A stretch of 64,000 nt of DNA from Spirochaetaceae bacterium (GTDB taxonomy: Bacteria > Spirochaetota > Spirochaetia > DSM-2461), in assembly GCA_051531975.1 (NCBI GenBank), contig JAOPTT010000005.1, positions 160,001 to 224,000 of the forward strand, read 5' to 3'. The notes under the pieces are model-generated. The model searched no databases. It had not been told where the DNA came from and saw only the letters and a program-made list of their open reading frames with translations. Positions 19,000 through 30,318 of this stretch are shown here, piece by piece. The translations under genes and the position numbers were made by a program. Numbering within the stretch: the stretch's first letter is position 1; each line of letters starts with the position of its first letter.

Positions 19000-20604
19000 A
19001 TGAAAAGAATTTTATTAGTGTTGTGGACAATTTGTTTTGGTATTTTTTCTGTTATGGCATCTGGTCAAGATGAAAAAGGTCCAGTAGCCCAGCAGGTAAC
19101 TGATGAGAAGATAGAATTAGAAGGTACTATTACAGTCAATATGCCTTCAAAACTTGGAGCAAAGGAAGCTTGGCAGGCAGTGGCCGATAGTTATATGGAA
19201 CGGCATCCAAAAGTAAATGTAATTGTAGAGTTAAAGCCCGAAGAAGGTTATGGCGACTGGGTAAAAACTCAATTCAGCGATAGCAATCCATCTGCCGATC
19301 TTATCGGTATAAATTATGCCCACGCTTATAAAGGTGATAAAGCTATAAATTTTATGGAATATGCCAATCTAGATAGTCCTTATTCAGGTGATCGTTGGAC
19401 AGATCAGTTTAATTTCCAAATGCAGCAAAAAGATCTTGCTACTAATGAGTGGGACAACATTTCTCTAGAATCAGTTCAGGTACTCTGGGCATATAATAAA
19501 GATATCTTTTCAGAAGTTGGAGTAAAACCTCCTAAAACCTGGAATGAGTTTGTTAAAGTATGTAAGAAGATTGAAGAAGCAGGGTATCAAGCTCTTGCAG
19601 TAGCAGGAGACTTTAATAGTTTTTATGCTGGTCAGATGGGGTGGCTTACTCAGGTCTATACAGATCAGACATCCCGTACCCTTTTAGAAAAATTCCGTTC
19701 ACAACCTGGTGATTATAACTATGATCCAGATATGGATGGTGCTTTTAAACTTAATATTAATGATCCTTTCAACGATGATCCCTGGAAAGTTAATGTTAAT
19801 AAAGTAAGAGCCATGAATACAATTATTAATGGAGAGTTTAGAGGTGATTCTGAAGGTATGAAGACTGTATTATCAGAATTAAAGAGAGTTTTTCCTGTAT
19901 ATGCCGGAGAAGAGTCGTTTTTTGGTACAAAAGATGCCGCTCCTCTCTTCTATCAAGCAAAAGCTGCAATTCTTCTAGATGGTGCCTGGAGAATTCCTCT
20001 TTTTAAGAACGATATGGACAAGATGGCCTTAGGTGAGGATATTGTTTCCGGTGAAACAACCATTGAAGGAGTTCAAAAATTTGAATTAGGAACCTTTAAC
20101 ATGCCATCCATGGAAGGACCTGGAATTGAAGCTCCTGCCAGAACTATTGAAGTTGCTTTAGGTTTTATCGGTGCTATAAAAAAAGAAAAAGTACACGATG
20201 ACCTGGTAGCCGATTTTCTAATGTACTACTCTTCCTCTTTTGGATTCAGTGATTATATGTCAGCTGGACTTGAATCGGGGTGGGTTCCTGCAGGACCATC
20301 ACTAGTAAAAGGTGTTGAACTACCTGCAGAATATGGAGCGATGTTTGAAAACCTTGATTTTATCGGTAATGTACAGAAAGGTTTTGGGCAGGCAATAGCC
20401 CGTGGAGTACCAGGTGATGTTCAGGAAAGTCTTAGAGAATGGTATTCATATACTCAGGATTATTTTACAAATAAGATTGATGTAGATCAGTGGGGAGCTT
20501 TTCACCAGAAAAACCTCGAAACACATATTGATGCATCTTTACAGGCACAGAAGATAGGACGAAATGATCTTCTTAATCCTCAGAATACCCCAGCCGGGAT
20601 ATAG
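19000..20604 (+). CDS. Sugar ABC transporter substrate-binding protein
   Basis: Signal peptide then ASGQDE; YNKDIF..VGVKPPKTWNEF; lies upstream of two permeases. Confidence 0.9.
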   Translation: MKRILLVLWTICFGIFSVMASGQDEKGPVAQQVTDEKIELEGTITVNMPSKLGAKEAWQAVADSYMERHPKVNVIVELKPEEGYGDWVKTQFSDSNPSADLIGINYAHAYKGDKAINFMEYANLDSPYSGDRWTDQFNFQMQQKDLATNEWDNISLESVQVLWAYNKDIFSEVGVKPPKTWNEFVKVCKKIEEAGYQALAVAGDFNSFYAGQMGWLTQVYTDQTSRTLLEKFRSQPGDYNYDPDMDGAFKLNINDPFNDDPWKVNVNKVRAMNTIINGEFRGDSEGMKTVLSELKRVFPVYAGEESFFGTKDAAPLFYQAKAAILLDGAWRIPLFKNDMDKMALGEDIVSGETTIEGVQKFELGTFNMPSMEGPGIEAPARTIEVALGFIGAIKKEKVHDDLVADFLMYYSSSFGFSDYMSAGLESGWVPAGPSLVKGVELPAEYGAMFENLDFIGNVQKGFGQAIARGVPGDVQESLREWYSYTQDYFTNKIDVDQWGAFHQKNLETHIDASLQAQKIGRNDLLNPQNTPAGI

Positions 20605-20620
20605 AGTTTAATTTTATATA

Positions 20621-20652
20621 GAGGGCAGGGTAAAACCTGCCCCTTTTTTTTT
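20621..20652 (+). terminator. Hairpin plus U-tract after the binding-protein gene
   Basis: GGGCAGG-loop-CCTGCCC followed by nine T. Confidence 0.8.
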
Positions 20653-20679
20653 AGATAGATTTATAAATAAGGAGAGCAT

Positions 20680-22626
20680 ATGAGTATTTCTAAAATAACT
20701 GCCTGTATCAGTCTTGTTCTGGTGATATTGGCAGGTATTTTTCTAATCAATATAAGAACAGAATCCGACATTCTAAAACAATATGAATTTAATACGGGAG
20801 AACAGAATATTACTTTTGCAGGTGATATACAATCAGACTTCTTGCTGATTGGAACAGGACAAAATAATCTTCTTGCATATAATTCATATGGTGAAATCAA
20901 ATGGAAATTTTCTGCAGCTGGACTGTTCAAAGAGGTTCTTATTAACGAATTCACAGGTGAAGTATTCGCTGGAAATGAAGATCGTAATATTTATGTTTTG
21001 AACCTTGATAATGGTAAACTACTCAGAACAATTCAGATCCCCGGAAAGTTATTTGACATGGATCTTAACCAGAAAAATGGACAATTGATTGTCTCTTCAG
21101 GAATTTCAGCTGTAAAACATTATTTAAGTCTTTTTAATGGATCAGGTATTCCTATATGGGAAAAAAATATCGAAATTATTTCCCGAAGTACAGTAATTTA
21201 TCAGGACAAAATTATATATGGGACAGACCGTGCTGAACTTGTTCTTTCAGATATTAGAGGTAATGAAATAAAAAAAATGAAGTTAGATGGTCAGATAATA
21301 GATTTGATCTCTAGCGATAGAGGGGAAATAGCCTGTCTGACAGAGAGAGGATCTCTATACTTTTTAGATTTTGATCTAAGACAGACCGGAGGTCTACAGG
21401 TTAAAGGCGAGGCAAAGAAGGCTTCGGTTTTGTGGGACCAAAACCGAGTATTTATAGGGATGAAAAACGGATCTTTACATATTCTTGAAAAGAGCGGACA
21501 TAATCTGAAAACTGTAAATTTTCCTTTTAGTATCAGTGGTATTTATGCCTGTGAACAGAGTGTTAAAGTTTTATGCCGTGATGGATTTTTGTATACAATG
21601 GACAATTCAGATATAAAAGACATTCCAAAAAACAGACTTAAAATGACATTAGTTGTTTCTGTTTTTGTTATGTTACTCATTGTATTTATCACAACTCTCT
21701 TTTTTATATTCCCAGCTATTACTGAAATGTTTTCCCGGTTTTTTTGTACTCTCTTTAAACATCGAACCGCATATATTATGTTATTGCCGATTTTTTTCTT
21801 GCTTATTCTTTTTCATTATTATCCCGTAGTGATCGCTATGATCAGATCATTTACAGATTGGAATGTACACAGTGAAAAGATTAATTTCAACGGCCTTGAT
21901 AACTTCAGGCTGATGATTAATGAGGGATATTTCTTAGCTGGTGTTAAGAATCTCGGGATTTTATGTGGGATGGCTTTCATTAAACTGTTTACTATGCCTC
22001 TACTGGCAGCAAAACTGGTTTTTCATCTGCAAGGTAGATTTAAACGCGCCTTTCGTCTTATGTTTGTACTGCCTATGATTGTCCCTGGTATTGTTGTAGC
22101 TTTGGTGTGGCAGAATATTTATGATCCCAACATTGGACTATTGAATAACCTATTGGAAGTATTAAATCTGGAGCACCTGCAACAGGTGTGGTTGGGTAAT
22201 GAAAAGACAGCTATATGGTCAATTGTTTTTATGGGTTTCCCATTTGTAGATGCCTTTGCTTTTCTCGTTTATTACGGTGGATTGATTAATATTTCATCGG
22301 AGCTCTTTGAGGCTTCAAATCTTGACGGGGCAAACGGTTGGTGGAATTTCTGGAAAATTGAGATTCCTATGATTACACCTCAAATAAAAATGCTGATTAT
22401 TCTGATATTCATAGGCGTCGTTCAGGATTTTGCACCTATATTAATCTTAACTGGTGGGGGGCCTGGTATTTCTACCTACGTTCCTGGACTGGAACTGTAT
22501 TATAACATTACCCGTTTTGGAAGATATGGATATGCCAGCGCCCTTGGGCTTGTTATGTTTATTTTTATTTTTGCCGGAACTCTGCTGAATCTGCGGATAA
22601 AAACTTCTTCCGACAATGAATTATAG
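20680..22626 (+). CDS. Sugar ABC permease with N-terminal PQQ/WD-like beta-propeller domain
   Basis: TM anchor, ~290 aa of G-x-x-x-W blade-like repeats, then a CUT1 permease (ELFEASNLDGA, LTGGGPG, YGYASA). Confidence 0.85.
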   Translation: MSISKITACISLVLVILAGIFLINIRTESDILKQYEFNTGEQNITFAGDIQSDFLLIGTGQNNLLAYNSYGEIKWKFSAAGLFKEVLINEFTGEVFAGNEDRNIYVLNLDNGKLLRTIQIPGKLFDMDLNQKNGQLIVSSGISAVKHYLSLFNGSGIPIWEKNIEIISRSTVIYQDKIIYGTDRAELVLSDIRGNEIKKMKLDGQIIDLISSDRGEIACLTERGSLYFLDFDLRQTGGLQVKGEAKKASVLWDQNRVFIGMKNGSLHILEKSGHNLKTVNFPFSISGIYACEQSVKVLCRDGFLYTMDNSDIKDIPKNRLKMTLVVSVFVMLLIVFITTLFFIFPAITEMFSRFFCTLFKHRTAYIMLLPIFFLLILFHYYPVVIAMIRSFTDWNVHSEKINFNGLDNFRLMINEGYFLAGVKNLGILCGMAFIKLFTMPLLAAKLVFHLQGRFKRAFRLMFVLPMIVPGIVVALVWQNIYDPNIGLLNNLLEVLNLEHLQQVWLGNEKTAIWSIVFMGFPFVDAFAFLVYYGGLINISSELFEASNLDGANGWWNFWKIEIPMITPQIKMLIILIFIGVVQDFAPILILTGGGPGISTYVPGLELYYNITRFGRYGYASALGLVMFIFIFAGTLLNLRIKTSSDNEL

Positions 22627-22635
22627 GAGCACTTT

Positions 22636-23538
22636 ATGGCTAATATTGAAATGATACAAAGTTCGGAAAGAACTGAACTAAATTATATTATAAAAAATCG
22701 AAGGATTAGCACAAAACAGAAAAAAAACATAGGACAGATTGTTCTGCTGTTTAGTGCGATACTCCTCTTATTACTCTGTTTCATGCCAATGATTTTAATG
22801 ATTATATTATCCTTAAAGTCCACGGTGCAGATCTATGGTAATTTCTGGTCCCTACCTTCGCCGGTTGCCTGGTCAAATTATGGTAAGGCGTTCAGTATGC
22901 TTCTGGGTAATATGTTTAATTCTACAATCCTGGTACTTATCGCTATGGGACTTACAGTTTTTCTCTCAGGAATGGGTGGTTATGTCTTTTCTTGGTTAGA
23001 CTTTCCCGGGAAAAAAGTTCTTTTTATTATGATTCTTAGTTTGATGATGATTCCCGGAATTCTCACATTGACTCCACGATATCAACTTATTGTTGATCTG
23101 AATTTGAAAAATACATGGTGGGCATTGATTCTTCCCTGGGTATCGGGAGGTCAGGTATTTGGAATCCTGCTGTGCAGGACTTTTATGGCTGAACAACCTG
23201 CAAGTCTTTTTGAAGCGGCACGTATGGATGGAGCAACGGAGTGGCAGAGCTTTATAAAAATAGCTGTTCCTTTAGCTAGGCCTATTTTGACAACAGTTGG
23301 AGTAATGCAGATTATAGCTTTCTATAACGATTTTATCTGGCCACTAATGGTTATTGATTCCAATAGTAAACAGGTAATTACTGTGGCTATTAGAGTATTT
23401 CAATCCGTAACAGGAGCGACAGACACTGGATCCATGGTAGCTGGATTTGTATTTACTACCATACCACTTCTTGTGGTATTTATATTTGGTTCCCGTTATT
23501 ACATTGAGGGAATTACATCAGGAGCAGTTAAATCATGA
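22636..23538 (+). CDS. Sugar ABC permease (MalG-like)
   Basis: EAA motif LFEAARMDGA, NDFIWP and C-terminal GAVKS. Confidence 0.93.
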   Translation: MANIEMIQSSERTELNYIIKNRRISTKQKKNIGQIVLLFSAILLLLLCFMPMILMIILSLKSTVQIYGNFWSLPSPVAWSNYGKAFSMLLGNMFNSTILVLIAMGLTVFLSGMGGYVFSWLDFPGKKVLFIMILSLMMIPGILTLTPRYQLIVDLNLKNTWWALILPWVSGGQVFGILLCRTFMAEQPASLFEAARMDGATEWQSFIKIAVPLARPILTTVGVMQIIAFYNDFIWPLMVIDSNSKQVITVAIRVFQSVTGATDTGSMVAGFVFTTIPLLVVFIFGSRYYIEGITSGAVKS

Positions 23539-26198
23539 AAAAGTTAGAAGTATACGACTTACGTTGTGAATATTTATCAAACCCTATAGGACTTGAAGAG
23601 AAATCTCCTCGGCTTTTCTGGAAGCTAAGGAGTGGAGATAAAAATATAGTTCAAAACAGATATAGAATTATATATTCCAATATATTAAATAATCTGTCAG
23701 ATAGTTATTCTGATACAGGTTGGATTGAATCAGATCAAAGCACTTTTATCACTTTTCCAGGAGGTAAGTTAAATCCTGAAGAACGTATTTACTGGCAGGT
23801 CCAGATAGAAGATAGCACTGGACATAGAAGTGAACTAAGTGATTCTGCATATTTTGAGTCAGGAATTAAAAATTGGAAAGCTAATTGGATTAGTTCCCCG
23901 GATATTCCTAAAGAAAAGGCACTAAAACCATCTCCTTTGATGAGAAAATCCTTCACATTACCAGATAAGCTTATTACTAGAGCAAGGCTTTATTGTACAG
24001 CTAGAGGTTTATATGAATCATCTCTTAATGGGGAAAAAGTTACAGAAGCTCTGTTTACCCCGGGATGTACTAATTATAAAGATAGAATTCTATATCAGAC
24101 TTACGATATTGGTCACAAGTTAAAATCCGGTGAGAATGTAATAGCTTCGACCCTATCAACAGGGTGGTATGCGGGAAATTACGGTTACGAGGGCCTTTGG
24201 AATATCTATGGTGATACCTTAGCTCTTTTATGCGAAATTCATGTGGATTTTGAAGACGGAACTACAAAAACAATCTGCTCCGATGATTCATGGAAAACAA
24301 CTCTGGGACCTATAGAACATTCGGATATGTATATGGGTGAAAGTTATAATGCGGGAAAAGAGATCCCCGGTTGGAACAATACCGAATTTGATGATACTTC
24401 ATGGATAAATGTTCTAGAAGAGGATCTACCTTTAGATCTTCTCCAGGGTCATCAGGGGGAGTATATTCAGCGTACAAAGGAAATAAAACCACTAGAAATT
24501 ATTAAATCACCTGCCGGTGAGACTATCATTAATATGGGTCAGAATATGGTGGGATGGCTTAAAGTCCAGATAAAGGGAAAAGCAGGAGACAAACTCTCAT
24601 TCGATTTTGCTGAAGTTCTGGATAAAGAAGGTAATTTTTATACGGAAAATCTCCGGGGTATAGCCGACATGAAAGATATATATACTCTGAAAGGGGAAGG
24701 TTATGAGATATTTGAACCATCCTTTACTTTTCACGGTTTTCAGTATGTACGAATTATTGAACATCCGGGAGATATTAAACTTGATGATATTACAGGTGTA
24801 GTTATACATTCAGATATGGAACAAACCGGTTCTTTTAAGTGTTCCGATCCAATGATAACTCAGCTTCAAAAAAATATAGAGTGGGGACAGAGGGGTAACT
24901 TTCTTGATATACCTACAGACTGTCCACAAAGGGATGAGAGGCTTGGTTGGACCGGAGATGCACAGGCTTTTATCAGAACTGGAAGTTTTAATTTTAATAC
25001 AGCTCCTTTTTTTACTAAATGGCTAAGAGATCTGGCTTCAGAGCAGCTGGACAATGGGAATTTACCTGTTGTTGTACCAAATGTTTTAAGGGGAATGAAT
25101 CATCCTCCATACGGTTCTGCCGCCTGGGGTGATGCAGCTATTATCTGTCCCTGGACAATTTACGATTGTTACGGTGATAAAAAGATCTTAGAAGAACAAT
25201 ATCCTATGATGATCGCATGGAATCATTATGTTACAGGGAAAACGGAAAACCATATTTGGAAAAATGACTTCCACTTTGGTGACTGGTTGGCTCTTGATCA
25301 ACCCGCCGATTCTCCTAGTTGCTTTGGTGGTACCGATAAGGAGCAGGTGGCAACGGCTTTTTATGCTTATTCCACATCGTTAATGGTTAAAATCGCCAGT
25401 GTTCTGGGTAAAAATGAAGATAAAAAGAAATATGAAGAGCAGCTAGTCAAAATCCGGTCAGCCTATTTTAATGAGTTTGTAACCAGATCTGGAAGAATAA
25501 ATTCCAATACACAAACGGCTTATGTTCAAGCTTTAATGTTTGATCTTCTTCCTGAAGAAGAGAGGGGAGAGGCTGCTAGACGACTGGTTGCAGATATAGA
25601 GACAAGAGGTTACCACAACTCAACAGGGTTCACTGGTTCTGCTTATATAATGCATGTTCTATCAAGGTTTGGATATACAGATGTAGCGTACAAGCTTCTG
25701 TTACAAAAAGAGTATCCTTCATGGTTGTACCCTATTACAAAGGGAGCTACTACAATCTGGGAGCGTTGGGACGGTATAAAACCCGACGGAAGTTTCCAGA
25801 CAGCCGGAATGAACTCATTTAACCACTATGCCTACGGAGCTGTAGGAGACTGGATGTATCCTAATATTCTTGGTTTTAGTGGCACTAATGGATTTCGTGA
25901 TCTTACATTCACACTACCAAAAGATTGTCCTTTTGAATGGGCGGAAGGTTCATATCAGTCCCTTTACGGTCTGATAGAATCCAAATGGAAGAAGAATGAC
26001 AAGGAGTTTACCTGGAGTATTACCATTCCTGCCAACAGCAGAGGATTAGTAGTTCTCAGCAGTGAACAGTGGAATTATGTACAGAAGAAGAGTGATAGCT
26101 TTGAAGCTCAACCAACTAAGGAGGATGGTGACTTGGTCACTGTTTTCATAGGATCTGGACAGTATTCTTTAACAATCCCAATGGAAAATATGCATTAA
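23535..26198 (+). CDS. GH78 alpha-L-rhamnosidase
   Basis: PTDCPQRDERLGWTGD, FTFHGFQY, GATTIWERWD and SFNHYAYG; no signal peptide. Confidence 0.94.
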   Translation: MKKLEVYDLRCEYLSNPIGLEEKSPRLFWKLRSGDKNIVQNRYRIIYSNILNNLSDSYSDTGWIESDQSTFITFPGGKLNPEERIYWQVQIEDSTGHRSELSDSAYFESGIKNWKANWISSPDIPKEKALKPSPLMRKSFTLPDKLITRARLYCTARGLYESSLNGEKVTEALFTPGCTNYKDRILYQTYDIGHKLKSGENVIASTLSTGWYAGNYGYEGLWNIYGDTLALLCEIHVDFEDGTTKTICSDDSWKTTLGPIEHSDMYMGESYNAGKEIPGWNNTEFDDTSWINVLEEDLPLDLLQGHQGEYIQRTKEIKPLEIIKSPAGETIINMGQNMVGWLKVQIKGKAGDKLSFDFAEVLDKEGNFYTENLRGIADMKDIYTLKGEGYEIFEPSFTFHGFQYVRIIEHPGDIKLDDITGVVIHSDMEQTGSFKCSDPMITQLQKNIEWGQRGNFLDIPTDCPQRDERLGWTGDAQAFIRTGSFNFNTAPFFTKWLRDLASEQLDNGNLPVVVPNVLRGMNHPPYGSAAWGDAAIICPWTIYDCYGDKKILEEQYPMMIAWNHYVTGKTENHIWKNDFHFGDWLALDQPADSPSCFGGTDKEQVATAFYAYSTSLMVKIASVLGKNEDKKKYEEQLVKIRSAYFNEFVTRSGRINSNTQTAYVQALMFDLLPEEERGEAARRLVADIETRGYHNSTGFTGSAYIMHVLSRFGYTDVAYKLLLQKEYPSWLYPITKGATTIWERWDGIKPDGSFQTAGMNSFNHYAYGAVGDWMYPNILGFSGTNGFRDLTFTLPKDCPFEWAEGSYQSLYGLIESKWKKNDKEFTWSITIPANSRGLVVLSSEQWNYVQKKSDSFEAQPTKEDGDLVTVFIGSGQYSLTIPMENMH

Positions 26199-29100
26199 TG
26201 GATAATATAGAAAAGATTTTTAATAATCCCGGTCCCCAGTGGCGTGGAAAACCCTTCTGGTCCTGGAATGGAGATCTGAAGGAAGAGGAACTGCTTCGAC
26301 AGATTCAGATATTAAAGGATATGGGATTTGGTGGATTTTTTATGCACTCCCGTACCGGATTGGCTACGGAATACCTGGGAGAAAAGTGGTTTCAGCTGAT
26401 TAACCGCTGTGCAGAAGAGGGTGAAGATCTCGGAATGGAAGCCTGGATCTATGACGAAGACCGCTGGCCCAGTGGTACTGCCGGTGGGATGGTAACAGAA
26501 AATCCTGAGTATCAGATGAAATTTATCCATCTGGATATTTCAAATGGTAGGGATTTTTCTCTTAAAGATGCAGAAAAACAGGAGGGCAAATGGCTTGGAG
26601 CCTGGTCCTGTCGTTTAAAAAATAAATTTGATATTTATGATCTTAAAAAGGTAAACAAAGAGACTTCTTTGAAGGAGATTCGTAATAAGAAAATTCTATC
26701 ATTCCGGGTTGTCCCTATGGAATCAAGTCCTTTCTACAACGGAGCCACTTATGTGGATACAATGAAAAGAGAGGCTACCGATGAGTATATCAGACTAACT
26801 CATGAGGCTTATAAGGAGCACTGTGGAGAGCATTTTGGAAAAGCTATAAAGGGTGTATTTACAGATGAACCCCATCGTGGTCCTTTTATGAGCGGTTTTT
26901 CCCTTCATCATTACAAAGGGGGGAATCCCCTTTTTATGGTGCCCTGGACTGATACTCTTTTTGAGGAATTCTTCAAGGTTTTTGGATACTCAGTGGAAGA
27001 GAATCTTCCTAAGCTTTTCCTCCGCTATAAAGGGCAGAAGGTATCAGATATAAAAGCCCATTATGCTGAGATTATGTTAAAGCTTTTTATAAATAATTTT
27101 GCAAAACCCTGCTATAACTGGTGCGAAGATAACAATCTTAAACTAACAGGACATGTTCTCCACGAGAACAACTTCTCTTCTCAAGTCTCTACAAATGGTT
27201 CGGTTCAGCGCTATTACCCACATATGCATATCCCCGGTGTGGATGTACTATCCGAGCATACAAGGGATTACTGGCTTGTCAAACAGGTGGATAGTACAGC
27301 CCGCCAGTTTGGACAGAAATGGATACTTTCTGAATTATACGGGTGCACAGGCTGGCAGATGAGTTTTCAGCAGCATAAGGCTATGGGAGCCTGGCAGACA
27401 CTATTTGGAGTAAATCTGCGGAGCCATCATCTATCATGGTACTCTATGCAGGGTGAATCTAAACGTGATTTTCCAGCCAGTATTTTTCACCAATCTCCCT
27501 GGTACAAAGAGTACGATAAGGTGGAAACCTGGTTTTCCCGGCTCGGTTATTTCAGGAGTCTTGGTAACCCCATCTGCGATTTGCTGGTTATAAATCCTGT
27601 GGAAAGTGTCTGGGGTAGAGTATATCCCGGTGCTATTAAAGTAATGGATGCACAGGACAGAGGTATTAAGAAACTTGAGAAAAAATACTCTAAACTCTTC
27701 CACATTCTAGCAGGTAATCAGATCGATTTTGACTATGGTGATGAGGGATTACTGGAAGAGCACGGGAGTGTGTCTGGCGAAACATCCGAGCTAAAACTAG
27801 GTGAAATGAAGTATAAAACAGTTCTAGTTGCTGGTATGTCCACCATTCGAAAATCTACTCTTGTTCTGTTACGGCAGTTTCAGAAAGTTGGTGGAAGGCT
27901 TGTATTTGCAGGTGATATTCCAGATTATGTTGACTCAAAACTGAGTTCTGAAGTAGAAGATCTTCTGTTTTCTGGTCTACAATGTGAATTTAGGGAGAAA
28001 GAGATAGTGGAAACCCTAACATCTATAATTGATCGTCCCTGCCGCATTCTAGGTTCCGCTAGTGGAAAAAGAGAGAAACAGGTATTTTCTCAGTTTAGAA
28101 AAGATAAAGATGGGGAATATCTGACTGTTCTGAATATGAACCGAAAGAAAACTCTTAGTATTGATATTGAATTAAATCGGACAACTGATGCTGTGGAAGA
28201 GTGGAATCTTGATGATGGACAGAGGTATAAAGAGAAAACGCATATCTCCAATGGTCGACTTTACATCGATACACTGAAGCTTGCTCCTTCTGGGGCCCTC
28301 TGTTTCCGTCTTGCTTCAAGTACGGATCTTCCCGCTAAAAAAGATGAGTTTAAAGCAACCTCTCACCGAAGTAAACTATCGGGTAGTTGCAATTACAGTC
28401 TAGGTGAAAAAAACATCTGTGTCCTTGACAGGCCTAAATGGAATCTGATGGATGCGGGATTCTCAGGACCTATGGAAATCCTACAGATAGACCGTTTGAT
28501 CCGAAATAATCTTAATATCCCTCTTAGAGGGGGAGAAATGGTCCAGCCATGGTTCAGGGCGAAGCAGAGTTTTGAATCTCTGGGTAGTCTAAAGCTGGAG
28601 TATAACTTAAAAATAACTGCAGGAGCTCTGCAATCAATGAAAACAGCTGAACTGGTTCTGGAAACACCGGAACGATTCAATCTGATTGTTAATGGTCAAT
28701 CCGTTGACCTGAAACAGGATAATGGATTCTGGACCGATATCGCCTTCCGAAGAATTCCTCTGCCTGAAGATATCTTTGTTGAGGGGATAAACCACTTGGA
28801 ACTCAGTTGCGATTTCCGTGAGGATGTTAATCTTGAGGCACTTTACCTAATCGGAGATTTTGCAGTTGATGTTAGCCGTAGGACTCTCTGTATCAATCCT
28901 CTTCCCAAAAAAGTGGTTCCAAGGAATCTGGTTAAACAGGGTTTCCCCTTTTACAGTGGTTCTTTCTTTTATCACTATGATGTCCCTCAAAATTTACAAG
29001 ACAGTGAGGTGCTTATCACGATTCCACAATATTATGGTGCATATGTCAAACTGCACAGTGGAACTCATGACAAAATAGTTCCCTGGCTTCCAGCAGAGAC

Positions 29101-29302
29101 AACCTTCTCTATTCATAAGGAAATAGTCGTGGAAGTCTCTATTACAAGAAAAAATACATTTGGTCCTCTTTACAATCCTCTCTCTAATATGGGAACTGTT
29201 GGGCCAAAATCGTTTATAACAGGGTGGAAATGGTTCTACAGAAAACCTACTTTCATTAAATCAGGTCTTATTAGACCAATTATTATCCATAGGAGTAAAT
29301 AA
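26198..29302 (+). CDS. GH106-like glycoside hydrolase (putative alpha-L-rhamnosidase)
   Basis: PFWSWNG, GGFFMHSR, WIYDEDRWPSG, FTDEP, PGVD and SELYG. Confidence 0.8.
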   Translation: MDNIEKIFNNPGPQWRGKPFWSWNGDLKEEELLRQIQILKDMGFGGFFMHSRTGLATEYLGEKWFQLINRCAEEGEDLGMEAWIYDEDRWPSGTAGGMVTENPEYQMKFIHLDISNGRDFSLKDAEKQEGKWLGAWSCRLKNKFDIYDLKKVNKETSLKEIRNKKILSFRVVPMESSPFYNGATYVDTMKREATDEYIRLTHEAYKEHCGEHFGKAIKGVFTDEPHRGPFMSGFSLHHYKGGNPLFMVPWTDTLFEEFFKVFGYSVEENLPKLFLRYKGQKVSDIKAHYAEIMLKLFINNFAKPCYNWCEDNNLKLTGHVLHENNFSSQVSTNGSVQRYYPHMHIPGVDVLSEHTRDYWLVKQVDSTARQFGQKWILSELYGCTGWQMSFQQHKAMGAWQTLFGVNLRSHHLSWYSMQGESKRDFPASIFHQSPWYKEYDKVETWFSRLGYFRSLGNPICDLLVINPVESVWGRVYPGAIKVMDAQDRGIKKLEKKYSKLFHILAGNQIDFDYGDEGLLEEHGSVSGETSELKLGEMKYKTVLVAGMSTIRKSTLVLLRQFQKVGGRLVFAGDIPDYVDSKLSSEVEDLLFSGLQCEFREKEIVETLTSIIDRPCRILGSASGKREKQVFSQFRKDKDGEYLTVLNMNRKKTLSIDIELNRTTDAVEEWNLDDGQRYKEKTHISNGRLYIDTLKLAPSGALCFRLASSTDLPAKKDEFKATSHRSKLSGSCNYSLGEKNICVLDRPKWNLMDAGFSGPMEILQIDRLIRNNLNIPLRGGEMVQPWFRAKQSFESLGSLKLEYNLKITAGALQSMKTAELVLETPERFNLIVNGQSVDLKQDNGFWTDIAFRRIPLPEDIFVEGINHLELSCDFREDVNLEALYLIGDFAVDVSRRTLCINPLPKKVVPRNLVKQGFPFYSGSFFYHYDVPQNLQDSEVLITIPQYYGAYVKLHSGTHDKIVPWLPAETTFSIHKEIVVEVSITRKNTFGPLYNPLSNMGTVGPKSFITGWKWFYRKPTFIKSGLIRPIIIHRSK

Positions 29303-30318
29303 TGAACAAAGAAAAAAAGAATGGTTATATAGATAATAGACCAGTAGCAATAAAGAGAATGGAAGCCCAGGATGAAGGGGTTATTTTAAAACATGGTGAC
29401 ACCTTTGATTCCTTCGGAGCTCGGGATGTTTTTGTATGGGAAGATAATAATACATATTACATGCATTATGATGCCGCAGATCCAGATGTTGGCTGGCTTT
29501 GCTCACTTGCGACCAGTAAAGATCTTAAAACATGGGTAAAACATGGTCCAATTCTGGAGTTGGGGAAACCTGATGAGGAAGACTCAAAAAGTGCCAGTTA
29601 TGGTACTACATATTTTAGTGAAAACAAATGGCATATGTATTATTTAGGTACACCAAACACCTTTCCAGCCCCGGAAAGGGTTCCGGCATTTCCATATATG
29701 ACAATGAAAGCTACTTCACATTCACCTATGGGACCCTGGACAAAACAGAAGGAAGTTATTCCATTTAGACCAGTACCCGATAGTTATTACAGTGATACTG
29801 CTAGCCCCGGTCAGATTATAAAACACAAGGGTGAATATCTTCAGTTTTTTAGTGCTTCAATATCTTTTTATGATGAAAAGACAAAAGTTATGGCAAAAAG
29901 GACCCTGGGAATTGCCAGAACTAATAACTTCGATGGAGCTTGGACTGTTGATAAAGATCCCATTCTACCTTTAGAAGAACAGGTAGAGAATTCTGCCCTA
30001 TATTATGAAGAGCAAAACAAAACCTGGTTTCTTTTCACAAATCATATTGGTATAGAAGAGGGAATTGGCGAATATACAGATGCAATATGGGTATATTGGT
30101 CAGAAGATCTGAATAAGTGGAACAGAGATAATAAAGCTGTAGTTCTGGATAATCAAAATTGCACATGGTCAGATAAAATTATTGGATTACCTTCGGTAGT
30201 TAGAGTCAAAGATAAATTAGCAGTTTTTTATGATGGTCTATCAGATGAATCTACTTCCCACTGCCACAGGGATGTTGGTTTGGCCTGGCTTAATCTACCT
30301 CTTGAAATTCCGGAATAA
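29302..30318 (+). CDS. Five-bladed beta-propeller glycosidase (GH32/43/130-like superfamily)
   Basis: Repeated blades YYMHYD...LATSKDLKTW..GPIL, WHMYY and YWSEDLNKW; final DVGLAW. Confidence 0.7.
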   Translation: MNKEKKNGYIDNRPVAIKRMEAQDEGVILKHGDTFDSFGARDVFVWEDNNTYYMHYDAADPDVGWLCSLATSKDLKTWVKHGPILELGKPDEEDSKSASYGTTYFSENKWHMYYLGTPNTFPAPERVPAFPYMTMKATSHSPMGPWTKQKEVIPFRPVPDSYYSDTASPGQIIKHKGEYLQFFSASISFYDEKTKVMAKRTLGIARTNNFDGAWTVDKDPILPLEEQVENSALYYEEQNKTWFLFTNHIGIEEGIGEYTDAIWVYWSEDLNKWNRDNKAVVLDNQNCTWSDKIIGLPSVVRVKDKLAVFYDGLSDESTSHCHRDVGLAWLNLPLEIPE

